Notes under the pieces: model-generated
Database searches by the model: none
Told to the model about the DNA's origin: nothing
Seen by the model: only the letters and a program-made list of their open reading frames with translations
Shown here: one piece after another, positions 9,283-19,005 of the stretch
Layout: each line of letters starts with the position of its first letter
Numbering within the stretch: position 1 is the stretch's first letter
Translations under genes and position numbers: made by a program
Assembly: GCA_016839555.1 (NCBI GenBank)
Contig: JAEOUA010000001.1
Location: 224,001 to 288,000, forward strand
DNA from: Promethearchaeota archaeon
GTDB lineage: Archaea; Asgardarchaeota; Lokiarchaeia; Sigyniarchaeales; SOKP01
DNA: 64,000 nt
Reading direction: 5' to 3'

Positions 9283-10767
9283 ATGAGTGAAAGATTATAC
9301 CAACCCGACTTTTCATGTATTTTTGGGAAACAATTTAGTAATGCATTTCTCTATGATCAAATAGATACGCTAGTATGGCCAATCTTTGAAGATGTCAAGA
9401 AATCAGATGCTTTAAAAGAATTACTTTCTCTTAAAAATCAAACAGGCCATCCTTATTTTTATTATCGAAAAATAACTCTCGAAGATCTCAAAGTAGAGTT
9501 AGAATGTGCTAATATTGATAAAGCTTTTCTTCAAGCTATGGATTTAGGAAAAAATTACGGAATTACAAATACCGATATTATCAACGCAATGGAAAAGGAA
9601 GCGGATCTATTTAAAGCTGTTTTATCTTTCGATATAACCGATGAATCTACAAATATAAAGAGTAAATTAGATCATTTCGCTAATCAAGTTGATGTAATTG
9701 GAATTGCATTATATCCCAGTTATATTAAATTAGATTTGAATGATAATGAGAATAATAATCTAAAGGATCTATTAAAATATTTGCACAAAAACAATTTATT
9801 TCTTAAAATTGATCTGGGAAATGGAAGTTTACCGAATTATCAAGGAGGGTTTCTTTCTAAGGAAATATTACAATCCTTTCTCTCAAAATACCCCAAAAAT
9901 ATTATTGTTTTAAGTGGATTAGATCTATCTGGAGATTTTAGACTCTATTATCAATTATTAAAATATTTTAATAATCTTTGGTTTGAACTCGATCCTCGTG
10001 CTATAGGTGGTATGACGCCAACATCCTATTTTCAGGAAATGTTTAAGTTACAAGGATTTATCCAAAATGCGTGGCATAGAATAATGATTGGAAGCGCAAC
10101 GCCTACTTTAGAAAGCTCTCAAATGCGTAAAGGCTTTTTAGAGGCTACAGATACTTTAGCCTTTAGTCAAAAATGTCTTTTGAGAACGTGGAGTTTCAGA
10201 AATAGTAATAGGATTAATCCAAAATTGTTCAAACTGAAAAGCCAAAAGAACTCAAAGATATATGAAACAATTCAGAATATTAATCAAAAACAAATCATAG
10301 AAAACAATAATGAAATAAATGTCAGATATGAAGTAAAACTTAGAAGTTATAGCATAACTCAGTTACTTTTCATTACAGACTTAATAAAACAATTAGTAGA
10401 AAAAACATTGACAAAATATCCCAAATATACTAATGGTGAGCTATTTCTTCGCACCTATCATACAACTACTTCATTAATAATAAATGAGCACGAATTTGGA
10501 AATTATCTTGATCTTCATTATAAATTTGCTGAGATCTCGAAACAAGATAGCACACCATATTTTCACACCGTTTCAGCTTTAGAGAATAGAGCAGATTTTA
10601 ATCGTTTCGATCATGATTTAGCTACTATGAATGGAAGAAGACGAATAATCCTCCCTATATTAGATGGAAAATTGGAAATAGGTAGTAGAGAAAACTTCTA
10701 TGTGCTGGTGACATTTGGTCCAAGAACTTTTCATCTATATTGCAATATCAAATTATTAAAACAATAA
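9283..10767 (+). CDS. Degenerate amidohydrolase-like TIM barrel fused to a YjbQ/UPF0047-like domain
   Basis: N-terminal part: GIALYP, YFNNLWFE, RIMIGSATP; C-terminal part: HTTTSLIINE, LPILDGKLEIGSRE, FGPRT. Confidence 0.65.
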   Translation: MSERLYQPDFSCIFGKQFSNAFLYDQIDTLVWPIFEDVKKSDALKELLSLKNQTGHPYFYYRKITLEDLKVELECANIDKAFLQAMDLGKNYGITNTDIINAMEKEADLFKAVLSFDITDESTNIKSKLDHFANQVDVIGIALYPSYIKLDLNDNENNNLKDLLKYLHKNNLFLKIDLGNGSLPNYQGGFLSKEILQSFLSKYPKNIIVLSGLDLSGDFRLYYQLLKYFNNLWFELDPRAIGGMTPTSYFQEMFKLQGFIQNAWHRIMIGSATPTLESSQMRKGFLEATDTLAFSQKCLLRTWSFRNSNRINPKLFKLKSQKNSKIYETIQNINQKQIIENNNEINVRYEVKLRSYSITQLLFITDLIKQLVEKTLTKYPKYTNGELFLRTYHTTTSLIINEHEFGNYLDLHYKFAEISKQDSTPYFHTVSALENRADFNRFDHDLATMNGRRRIILPILDGKLEIGSRENFYVLVTFGPRTFHLYCNIKLLKQ

Positions 10768-10803
10768 AAATATAAAAGAATTAATCGTATATAAGCAAAA
10801 TAA

Positions 10804-11280
10804 CTAAAAACGAATCTTTTTGGCAAAATGTTTTACCTTTTTAGTGCTTATTTTAAAAAATCCTCGAAAATTTTGAGTATATATGACCTTTGCTCCTTTG
10901 GCTTCAATTTTTGATTTCATGTACTCCACAGTACCTTCTCCAGTAAATCTTGCGGTAGAAAATATAATTATCTTCTTATCTTTAATATCTTTCATTCGCT
11001 CTAATATTTCATCAAAAACCTTAGGGGGAAGATTTCCATAAGTAGGCATCCCAATAAAAATTATGTCATATTTTTCAGAATCAAGAGAATTTAGAGTATC
11101 CTCCATCATAGAAAAATCTCTATTATTAAATTTTTCCACAATTTTTAACTTTTCACTAAGATTTCCGCTGAATTCAAAAGGAAGATACGCAATATCATAT
11201 TGGGGGAGCGCATCCACGATAGTTTGAGCAACTTTTTTGGTTCTTCCTCCCATTGTGAAATATATCATTAAAGCTTTCAT
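10804..11280 (-). CDS. Flavodoxin-like protein
   Basis: IYFTMGGRTKKVA, YDIIFIGMPTYG, IIFST. Confidence 0.85.
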   Translation of the reverse strand: MKALMIYFTMGGRTKKVAQTIVDALPQYDIAYLPFEFSGNLSEKLKIVEKFNNRDFSMMEDTLNSLDSEKYDIIFIGMPTYGNLPPKVFDEILERMKDIKDKKIIIFSTARFTGEGTVEYMKSKIEAKGAKVIYTQNFRGFFKISTKKVKHFAKKIRF

Positions 11281-11705
11281 AATAGAGAATTAATTTTAAA
11301 ATATAAAAAAATATTCTAGACCAATTTTTGTGTTTTTAACTAAATTAATTAAAAAACCTAATTTCTAAAAAATTAAGATAATAAATCTAAATATATAGAA
11401 AACGGTCTAAATACAACTTTTCCTTGATATGTGATTCCTTTTATGAATACCTATGAAATATTTTTAACAAAATATATGAAAAATGTATTTTTTTTCGAAG
11501 AAAAAAATTTGAAAAACCAAATTTAAATAATTAAAAACAATTATATTTGTTAAGGAAGAAGGTACAGAAAATTGATTTTATTCAAACAACTATTTGTTTA
11601 TTATAAGAGATCTTTAAACAAAAATTTTTGGAGATTTAATCACATCTATTTAAACTCCAATAAAGATTAAATTTATTTAAACTTCTTAAAAATTCAAACT
11701 AATTA

Positions 11706-13163
11706 TTGAAAATTGAGGCTATAATAGTGACACAAGAATCCAATAACGAGGAAAAGAATGAAAAATCTGGAAATGAATTAGAAAAAGTCGATAAAGAATC
11801 TCTAACGTCTGCTAAAGATTCACGCGATTTAATAGAAAAAAATTTGCGAATTTTTGAGGATAGTATTGAATCTATTGAAGAAGGATTAAAACAAAAAGAA
11901 AATACCGTAGAAATAAGTGCGGATAAGATTGACGAATTGACTAAAATAAAGGAAGCAATAGAAAATTTTAAAAATATTAGGAGACAAATTGAACAGAGGA
12001 CTGAATATCTAAAAGCAATAGAACAGAAAATTGCGGAACTGGAAGAAAAATATAATCGAAAAAATGATGATCTATCAAGCATTGAAGAGAGAATAGAAAT
12101 TGTTCAAGAAAGTAAACAGAATTTAGAAGAAGAATATCAAGAAGTAATAAAACGAAACGAACAGTTAGTAAATAATCTGGAACAACGACAAGTTGATTTA
12201 GTAGTATTATCTGATAAAGTTAAAGAGAAAGTTTCTGTCAGAGATGAATTAAGGAATGAAGTCGCAAAATTAAAGGATGAAATGGAAGATATAAAAGAAG
12301 AAACCGAGGCAAAAAAAGAAGAAATTGATGCTCTAGAATCAAAATTAAAAAGTCTTAATGCGGAAAATGAAGCGGTGAAAGTATCTATTGAAAAAAATAA
12401 AGTTGAACTAGAACATTCAAATAACCTCATTGAAGCAAAAGAAGATGAATTGAAATTATTAAATGAGCAAGTAGAGAGAAAAAAGAAACGCGCAGAAAAA
12501 TTAGATGAGGATATTCAAGCTTATAAAGAAGGTTTTCCAGAAATGGAAGAAAAAAAACGCACCTACCAAGAAGTGCTTGATAAATATAAAATCGAAATGA
12601 CAGAAAAACAACAAAAAATCGTCGATCTAGAATCTCGTATAGAGACATTAAATGATAAATTAAAAAATTTGAATGAAGAAATCGAAAAGAAAAAGGAATT
12701 GAACGAGGCAATTGAAAAGAGATCCAGGGAATTAAAGGACGTCATGGAATCATTAGAAAAAGAACATGATGAGCGGGAAGAAAGAGTAGACGCAATAACA
12801 GAAAAATATGAAGCTATTAATAAAGAACATGAGAGATTAGTAGCGGCGAATATAAAAATAGAGGAAAGCACCCGGGATTTAAAAGAGCTTTTTGAAAAAA
12901 TGAAAAGTCAACTTCAAACTCAAGAGGAGGAAATACGAGATAAAGAAAGTCGTATTCATAGGTTAGAAGTTTTAGGAGTAATATATCGTCTCTCTAAATT
13001 TTTTGGAGGGCTTTTAATATTTGTTGGTATTTTCTTCTTAATTTGGAGTTTAGGCACAATTTTCGGAATATTACCAAAAATTGAAGAGGCTCTGGTGTTA
13101 TTTTTGATAGTCGGAGCTGGTCTAACAATTGCTTCAGGATTATTTCACCTAGAAAAGTCATAA
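11706..13163 (+). CDS. Long coiled-coil protein with a C-terminal two-helix membrane anchor
   Basis: About 400 aa of E/K-rich heptad pattern, then two hydrophobic segments (FFGGLLIFVGIFFLIWSLG; LVLFLIVGAGLTIASGLF); start may be GTG 11727. Confidence 0.8.
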   Translation: MKIEAIIVTQESNNEEKNEKSGNELEKVDKESLTSAKDSRDLIEKNLRIFEDSIESIEEGLKQKENTVEISADKIDELTKIKEAIENFKNIRRQIEQRTEYLKAIEQKIAELEEKYNRKNDDLSSIEERIEIVQESKQNLEEEYQEVIKRNEQLVNNLEQRQVDLVVLSDKVKEKVSVRDELRNEVAKLKDEMEDIKEETEAKKEEIDALESKLKSLNAENEAVKVSIEKNKVELEHSNNLIEAKEDELKLLNEQVERKKKRAEKLDEDIQAYKEGFPEMEEKKRTYQEVLDKYKIEMTEKQQKIVDLESRIETLNDKLKNLNEEIEKKKELNEAIEKRSRELKDVMESLEKEHDEREERVDAITEKYEAINKEHERLVAANIKIEESTRDLKELFEKMKSQLQTQEEEIRDKESRIHRLEVLGVIYRLSKFFGGLLIFVGIFFLIWSLGTIFGILPKIEEALVLFLIVGAGLTIASGLFHLEKS

Positions 13164-13326
13164 TTAAAAAAATTAGAATTTTCATTCAAATCAATTTATT
13201 GCTTTCCTTTAACTGAATTATTCTATTTTTAAAATAAATCACAAAAGCTTTTTTCATTAATACTTATTATAAAGATAAATACTCCTCTCCAATGTTTTTT
13301 GTTATAGTAAAAAATAATGATATAGG

Positions 13327-13851
13327 ATGAAATGGAAAAAAAACCAAAAAAACCAAAATAAGAAGGAAAAAAAGGATACTCTTATAAAGAGGTCACTTAT
13401 TAAAAGCATTGTCTATCGAGTGATAACATTAGCACTGGGAACCTTAACAAGCTATATTTTTACTGGCGACATCGGTGTTGCTACTGGCCTTGCTCTTTTA
13501 ACTGAAACAGTTCAATCCGTTAATTATTTCGTCTTTGAAACGATCTGGAGCTACTATGAAAGAAAAAGATTAAGGGAGAAAATTGAAAAAGAGATTATTA
13601 GAGAAATAGATTTAAAAATAAATTACGAGTTTCTCCGTGAACTTTCTTATGAATTAAGCCGTTTTGATACATTTGTCGAAGAAATTTATAGATCTATTAT
13701 AAATTTCTATAATAAATTACTAAAAAATGAACAATTAGAAGATATGCATGAGGAAATTAAAAAACATAGAGAAGTATTTATTAAAGCCCATAAAGGAAGA
13801 AATTTTAAAGAAATTCCCATAGAAGAAGAAATTTATGAGGAGGAAGAATAG
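13327..13851 (+). CDS. DUF2061-like membrane protein with a C-terminal helical extension
   Basis: RSLIKSIVYRVIT...NYFVFETIW. Confidence 0.7.
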   Translation: MKWKKNQKNQNKKEKKDTLIKRSLIKSIVYRVITLALGTLTSYIFTGDIGVATGLALLTETVQSVNYFVFETIWSYYERKRLREKIEKEIIREIDLKINYEFLRELSYELSRFDTFVEEIYRSIINFYNKLLKNEQLEDMHEEIKKHREVFIKAHKGRNFKEIPIEEEIYEEEE

Positions 13852-14666
13852 GTACGTAGACTTTCAATTTCTTGTTCTGTAAGAATAAAATCCGAGGCCC
13901 TTGCATTTTCTTTCAGATGGGAAATGGAAGAAGTTCTCGGAATTGCTATTACATTCTCATGATTAATAACCCAAGCTAAAGCAATTTGCATTGGAGAATA
14001 ACCATATTTATCTGCTAATTGATTTAAATAATTTTTTACCTCCTGATTTAGCCCATTGAGGTTTGCTTTAGCTAAGGGAGTATAAGCCGTCAGGATTATC
14101 CCCTCCCTTTTATAAAAATCTAAATTTTTAAGTTCTTTCTGTTCTATAATATTAATTTTAAGCTGATTGGTGATTAATTCATATTTTTTAAGATAAGTTT
14201 GTGCTTTTTGAAATTCTGAAACAGAAAAATTGCTTACGCCAATATAGCGTGTCTTTCCTAAGTCAATTAGCTTCTCAAAAAAATTCATAATTTTTTTTAT
14301 GGAACTATCACCCTCTAACCAATGGATTAAATAGAGGTCAACATGATTGACTCCTAATCTCTTCAGACTATTATCGATTGCTTTTTCCATTTGTGAATCT
14401 ATTTTATTTGAAGGAAGCATTTTTGTGGTAATGAAAATCTCCTCTCTTTCAAATTCTTTAAGTACTTCTCCAACGACTCTTTCAGAATATCCATCACCAT
14501 ATAATTCTGCGGTATCAATATGATTCATGCCTAACTCGATTCCTTTTTTTAGCACATTTTTCCAATTTTTATGCTCTTGTTCGGATTGACTGGAAAAAAT
14601 TCCATAGGTTCCTTGTCCTAAGATCGGGATTTTTTCACCAGAACTGGGGATCTTAATCTGTCTCAT
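13833..14666 (-). CDS. Aldo/keto reductase
   Basis: LGQGTY, IDTAELYG, FITTK, DLYLIHW, YIGVSNF, AYTPL, IPRTS. Confidence 0.93.
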   Translation of the reverse strand: MRQIKIPSSGEKIPILGQGTYGIFSSQSEQEHKNWKNVLKKGIELGMNHIDTAELYGDGYSERVVGEVLKEFEREEIFITTKMLPSNKIDSQMEKAIDNSLKRLGVNHVDLYLIHWLEGDSSIKKIMNFFEKLIDLGKTRYIGVSNFSVSEFQKAQTYLKKYELITNQLKINIIEQKELKNLDFYKREGIILTAYTPLAKANLNGLNQEVKNYLNQLADKYGYSPMQIALAWVINHENVIAIPRTSSISHLKENARASDFILTEQEIESLRTYSSSS

Positions 14667-14744
14667 TTCATTAATGCTAAGATTATAGTAAAAAATTTAA
14701 TTATGATTATTATAAATTATTAAAACAAGAGGAGTATAGAAGGT

Positions 14745-15482
14745 ATGACTATTCCAAAAATCAATCTTCACATTCATTCCATCTATTCTGATGGTAGAAA
14801 TAAAATCGAAACCATCGTGAAAAGTGCTCATAAATTAAAATTTGAATTTATCGCAATAACAGATCATTTTTCTGATTCTTGGAAGGCAGGAGTAATAAAA
14901 ACCTTAGATTCTCATCAAAAAATAAATAATTATTTGGAAAAAATTTCTGCTCAAAATGAAGAATTGCGAGCTAAGAATAGTAACTTGAAGGTTTTAAAAG
15001 GAATTGAAATCGATTTAGGAAGTTCTCGAAGACATATTGAATCTTTAATCGATCCCAGCAAGTATGATTTAATTCTCCTCGAATATTTGCATTCTCCTGA
15101 GGCTATTGGCTTTGTAAGAAATATATTAAACAATTGGGAAGGAATTCTTCAAAAGCAAGATAAAAGCTTCCCTTTATTAGGTTTGGCTCATTTTGATCCC
15201 TCACAGTTTATATTTGGTAAAGTAGAAATTTTGCTTGAGTTTCTTCAACAATATAATATCTATTTTGAATTTAATTCCGCATATGCAAGCTATTATAGTA
15301 TCAAATATAAAGAAAGCTTTTTTGATAAATTCAATAATTTCAATATATTAGTTGGTATCGGTGCTGATGCACATTCTGTAAATGAACTCGATCTTATTCA
15401 TGAACCATTAGATATGATAAAATATTATAATCTGGAAAATAATTTAAAAAATTTAATAAAATTGTTAAAAAACATTCGCTAG
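14745..15482 (+). CDS. PHP-family phosphoesterase
   Basis: LHIHSIYSDG, ITDH, GIEID, LAH, GADAH. Confidence 0.88.
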   Translation: MTIPKINLHIHSIYSDGRNKIETIVKSAHKLKFEFIAITDHFSDSWKAGVIKTLDSHQKINNYLEKISAQNEELRAKNSNLKVLKGIEIDLGSSRRHIESLIDPSKYDLILLEYLHSPEAIGFVRNILNNWEGILQKQDKSFPLLGLAHFDPSQFIFGKVEILLEFLQQYNIYFEFNSAYASYYSIKYKESFFDKFNNFNILVGIGADAHSVNELDLIHEPLDMIKYYNLENNLKNLIKLLKNIR

Positions 15483-15604
15483 CAAAAATCTTTAAAAATT
15501 CCTTCTCTTTCTTTTAAAAATCGGACTATATAAAAAATATAAATCGATCTTTCTTTTATTTATATAATACAAATAAAATCATTTTAGAATAATTATAAAT
15601 AAAA

Positions 15605-16402
15605 ATGTATTGTCCTAATTGTGGGGAAGAAATAAAGTCTGAGGAACAAAAATATTGCGAACAATGTGGCGCTGAATTACCTGAAAGAAAACCTGAACCT
15701 GTTCAATCTCAAGAACAAGATGAATCAGTGGTTCAAAAAGGCGGGCTATTCGATCTGAGCCGTAAAATGTATGTTCTTCGTGAGAAGTATTGGGATTTCG
15801 GCTCTGGCGATATCTATGATAAAGAGGGAAAAATAATTGGAAAAATGGATCGAAAATTCTTCGATTTTAGGCGGACTATAAAATTAAGGGAAGTTGATGG
15901 AACTGTTGCTGCAACAATTCATGAGAAAATAATATCAATTCAAGGCGAAAACATTTTATTAGATGCGCAAGGAAATTTAATAGCACGCTTTAAGAAAAAA
16001 ATTACCTCATTTTTCCATCCTAAATTTTGGTTAGAAGACCCAAACGGTACAAGATGGTATGAAGCTATAGGAGAATTTATGGGCTGGTCATTTGGAATAA
16101 GAGAAATTGCTACGGGAAAAACAGTTGCTGAGATTGAAAAAGCAGATCGCTGGCGAGATATTTTTTTGGGTGGCTTTTTTGATTTTCAAGATACTTATGC
16201 GTTAAGAATTCTTGATAATGAAACTGACAGACGTATTCTTGTGGGATTTGTGTTATCAATCGATAATGTATTACATGATAATAGACATGGGATGGGGTAT
16301 CGGTTCCCTTGGGGTCTTGGACCATTCCCGCCTGGAAGAATGCCTTGGCCTCGTCGAATACCACCAGGAAGAAGACCCTGGCCTGCTCGATGGCCTTTTT
16401 AA
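15605..16402 (+). CDS. Zn-ribbon + LURP-one/scramblase (tubby-C-like) domain + Pro/Trp/Arg-rich tail
   Basis: CPNCG/CEQCG; YVLREKYWDFG..IYDKEG, AIGEFMGWSF, DTYALRI, VLSIDNVLH; tail PFPPGRMPWPRRIPPGRRPWPARWPF. Confidence 0.75.
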   Translation: MYCPNCGEEIKSEEQKYCEQCGAELPERKPEPVQSQEQDESVVQKGGLFDLSRKMYVLREKYWDFGSGDIYDKEGKIIGKMDRKFFDFRRTIKLREVDGTVAATIHEKIISIQGENILLDAQGNLIARFKKKITSFFHPKFWLEDPNGTRWYEAIGEFMGWSFGIREIATGKTVAEIEKADRWRDIFLGGFFDFQDTYALRILDNETDRRILVGFVLSIDNVLHDNRHGMGYRFPWGLGPFPPGRMPWPRRIPPGRRPWPARWPF

Positions 16403-16570
16403 ATCTTTTTATTTTAATTTTAGTAAAACCATATTATTTCAACTGTTTATCACTGTTTAAATTTTCCAAATTGTTTTATTTTATATTGTTGAAAATTTTT
16501 CTTAATAAAAATAGGAAAATTATACTTACTAACCATTAAATCTTTTTAACTGAATATCTTATTAGTTATT

Positions 16571-17329
16571 ATGGATTTAGAAGAAAAAATAGAAACTGCG
16601 GCGCAATGGATTGCTGAAGCGGAGCATTTTGTGGCATTTACAGGAGCTGGAATTTCGACCTCAAGTGGACTTCCTGATTTTCGCGGACCTAATGGTGTCT
16701 GGACGAGGCGTGATAAAGGACTCCCTCCTCCGAAAATGAAAGTATCATGGGATCAAGTAAAACCTAATCAAGGACATTATGCCATTGTTGACTTATTAAA
16801 AATGGGCAAGTTAGATTATCTTATTTCTCAGAATGTTGATGGTCTTCATGCAAAATCTGGAATCCCATTTGAGAGACTCGCTGAATTACATGGAAATCAA
16901 TTCTTTATGAAATGTTTAAACTGCGGTAAAAAAATGACCTTTGAAGAGGCTGGTTGGGATAAAAATATTTGGGGAAATGGATATAGAACAACTCCAGTAC
17001 AAAAAGGACAACCGAAATGTCCAGATTGTAATGGAAGAATTATTTCAACTATTGTAAATTTTGGAGATTCTCTTCCTGAAGATGAGTTATATCAAGCCTA
17101 CATCCATTCAGAAAAATCGGATGTATTTTTTGTGATTGGCTCTTCACTTGTAGTGTCTCCAGCAGCAAATATGCCTGGTATAGCAAAAAAAAATGATGCA
17201 AAGCTGATAATACTTAATATGCAAGAGACACCCTATGATAATATCGCTGATTTAAGATTTTTTGAAGATATTAATGAAGTTCTACTTCCAATTGTAGAAA
17301 AAGTAAAAGATATATTAGGAAGTAGTTAA
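16571..17329 (+). CDS. NAD-dependent deacylase (sirtuin), class IV/SIRT6-like signature
   Basis: TGAGISTSSGLPDFRGPNGVWT, SQNVDGLH, LAELHGN, CxxC/CxxC, GSSLVVSPA. Confidence 0.93.
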   Translation: MDLEEKIETAAQWIAEAEHFVAFTGAGISTSSGLPDFRGPNGVWTRRDKGLPPPKMKVSWDQVKPNQGHYAIVDLLKMGKLDYLISQNVDGLHAKSGIPFERLAELHGNQFFMKCLNCGKKMTFEEAGWDKNIWGNGYRTTPVQKGQPKCPDCNGRIISTIVNFGDSLPEDELYQAYIHSEKSDVFFVIGSSLVVSPAANMPGIAKKNDAKLIILNMQETPYDNIADLRFFEDINEVLLPIVEKVKDILGSS

Positions 17330-17346
17330 ATTTATAAATTTGATTT

Positions 17347-19005
17347 TTATTTCAGTTTCCCGTAAATATCTTTTTGTTGCTTATAGTTTTTTAAGATTTT
17401 TTTAGCTTCCCGATTTGAGAGGGATAGACTAATATCCGCATTTCTTGAAAGCGCACCTGTAAAAATTAATTTATTATCCGTAAAAACTTCAATATTATTA
17501 GAAGCATATTGCTCGGGTGCTTTAATAAGAATTTTGTTACGCTTTACTTCCACGTTAAGATTAATTTTTTCTCCAATTTGTTCCTCTCTCGGAAATGGGG
17601 AAGATTTTTCATAATCCGAAAACTTTTTCCTAGTCTTTATGGGATTAATAGGATTTAATACAACATCTTGTCCAAATGAATAGATTTCAAAAGCTAATTG
17701 ATTTGTCTCAAAGACTCTTACTTCAATAACCGGTCTTGCCAAATCTTTATCTCTAAAACCTGAAGGAACTTTAACCGTCATTCGTACAATTAAAACAGTT
17801 TCAATATCTCCTCCTTCGATAAAAATAATTGTATCAATTATCGATGGGAGCATTCCAAGTTCAACCCTTCCAATAAATCTTTGAATCGCATCAATGGCAG
17901 AAGAACTGTGTACTACTCCAATCATTCCAACTCCGGATAAACGAAAATCCTTATATATCTCAAAATCTTTAGTAGTTCTTACTTCATCAAATATAGTAAA
18001 ATCGGGGCGAACCAGCAAAAGTACATCAGCAGAATTTTCCAGATTGCCTTCAAGCTTAGTATATTGGGTAATTTCCGGGCGAACTTGTAAATCCCTCACA
18101 CTTTCCAAAGTTTTCACAATTTTATGACTTTCTAAGTAATAGTTGGCTAATGCTGCTGAAAATGTGGACTTTCCTGCCCCAGGAGCTCCGCAAACTAAAA
18201 TTCCTTCTGCCTTATCTAATCTTTTCTGAAGACGTTGATTTATTGAATAATCAGATAATTCTAAACTCACGAGAGGGCGTACAGCGGTGATTTCAACATC
18301 ATTAGAGAATGGAGGACGTGTAATTACAATTCGAAAATCTCTCATTTGAGCAACTAAAGCTCCTGTTTTTTCTATTTCAATAAAAGAATGTTGATCTTCT
18401 CGTACAAATTCTATTATTTCTAAAGCCACCTCCTCTATTTTTTGATTGGTTATTGGAATACTTGAAATCTTTTCAAGTCGCCAATTTCCCGGGGATCCTT
18501 TTTTAGCATAGGGTTGAATATTTCTTTTTAGATGAACGCTCATTGTTTCTTTGTCAAAAAATTCTAATAATTGTAGAGATAAAAGTTCTTTAGAGGTTGA
18601 AACATCTTTATCCTTTACATAAACTACCTCTAATCCTTCAAACTTACCAATATCTCCTTGGATACGATCTGTGGTTATTAAATGAGCATTATTTGCTTTA
18701 GCTTCTCGACGTATTAACGCATCTAACTCTCCTCCCGGAGATAATTTAATTTCCTCACGGGAGGGACGTTTTCCAGTTATGATTAATGTAATTTCTCCTT
18801 TATTATGAAGTTCCCGTAGAGTTTTTAAAATATCAATTCCAAAAAATCCAATCTCTTTTTTTATATTTGAGCGATATTCTATTTCAGCAATGACCACGTT
18901 CGGAATAATTATATTAGGTTTTTCTCCGAGGTCACCATCCTCTATCAACTTAATAATTTGCCCATTAAAAATTACAGATGTATCACATACAAATTTATCT
19001 GCCAT
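17347..19005 (-). CDS. PIN-domain ATPase (PINA/MJ1533 family)
   Basis: N-terminal PIN (CDTSV, IAEIE, LDALI, TDRIQ); Walker A GAPGAGKST; DEVR; GVVH; ATG 19005 preferred over 19020. Confidence 0.9.
   Translation of the reverse strand: MADKFVCDTSVIFNGQIIKLIEDGDLGEKPNIIIPNVVIAEIEYRSNIKKEIGFFGIDILKTLRELHNKGEITLIITGKRPSREEIKLSPGGELDALIRREAKANNAHLITTDRIQGDIGKFEGLEVVYVKDKDVSTSKELLSLQLLEFFDKETMSVHLKRNIQPYAKKGSPGNWRLEKISSIPITNQKIEEVALEIIEFVREDQHSFIEIEKTGALVAQMRDFRIVITRPPFSNDVEITAVRPLVSLELSDYSINQRLQKRLDKAEGILVCGAPGAGKSTFSAALANYYLESHKIVKTLESVRDLQVRPEITQYTKLEGNLENSADVLLLVRPDFTIFDEVRTTKDFEIYKDFRLSGVGMIGVVHSSSAIDAIQRFIGRVELGMLPSIIDTIIFIEGGDIETVLIVRMTVKVPSGFRDKDLARPVIEVRVFETNQLAFEIYSFGQDVVLNPINPIKTRKKFSDYEKSSPFPREEQIGEKINLNVEVKRNKILIKAPEQYASNNIEVFTDNKLIFTGALSRNADISLSLSNREAKKILKNYKQQKDIYGKLK

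Noticed and set aside
11706-13163. Coiled-coil protein as SMC/Rad50
   Set aside because: No Walker A/B, hinge or Zn-hook motif; it ends in TM helices.
16430-16505. Possible remnant of the PINA 3' end upstream of the sirtuin gene
   Set aside because: Similarity is limited to KI..N.K and LK*, needs gaps, and lies in low-complexity sequence.
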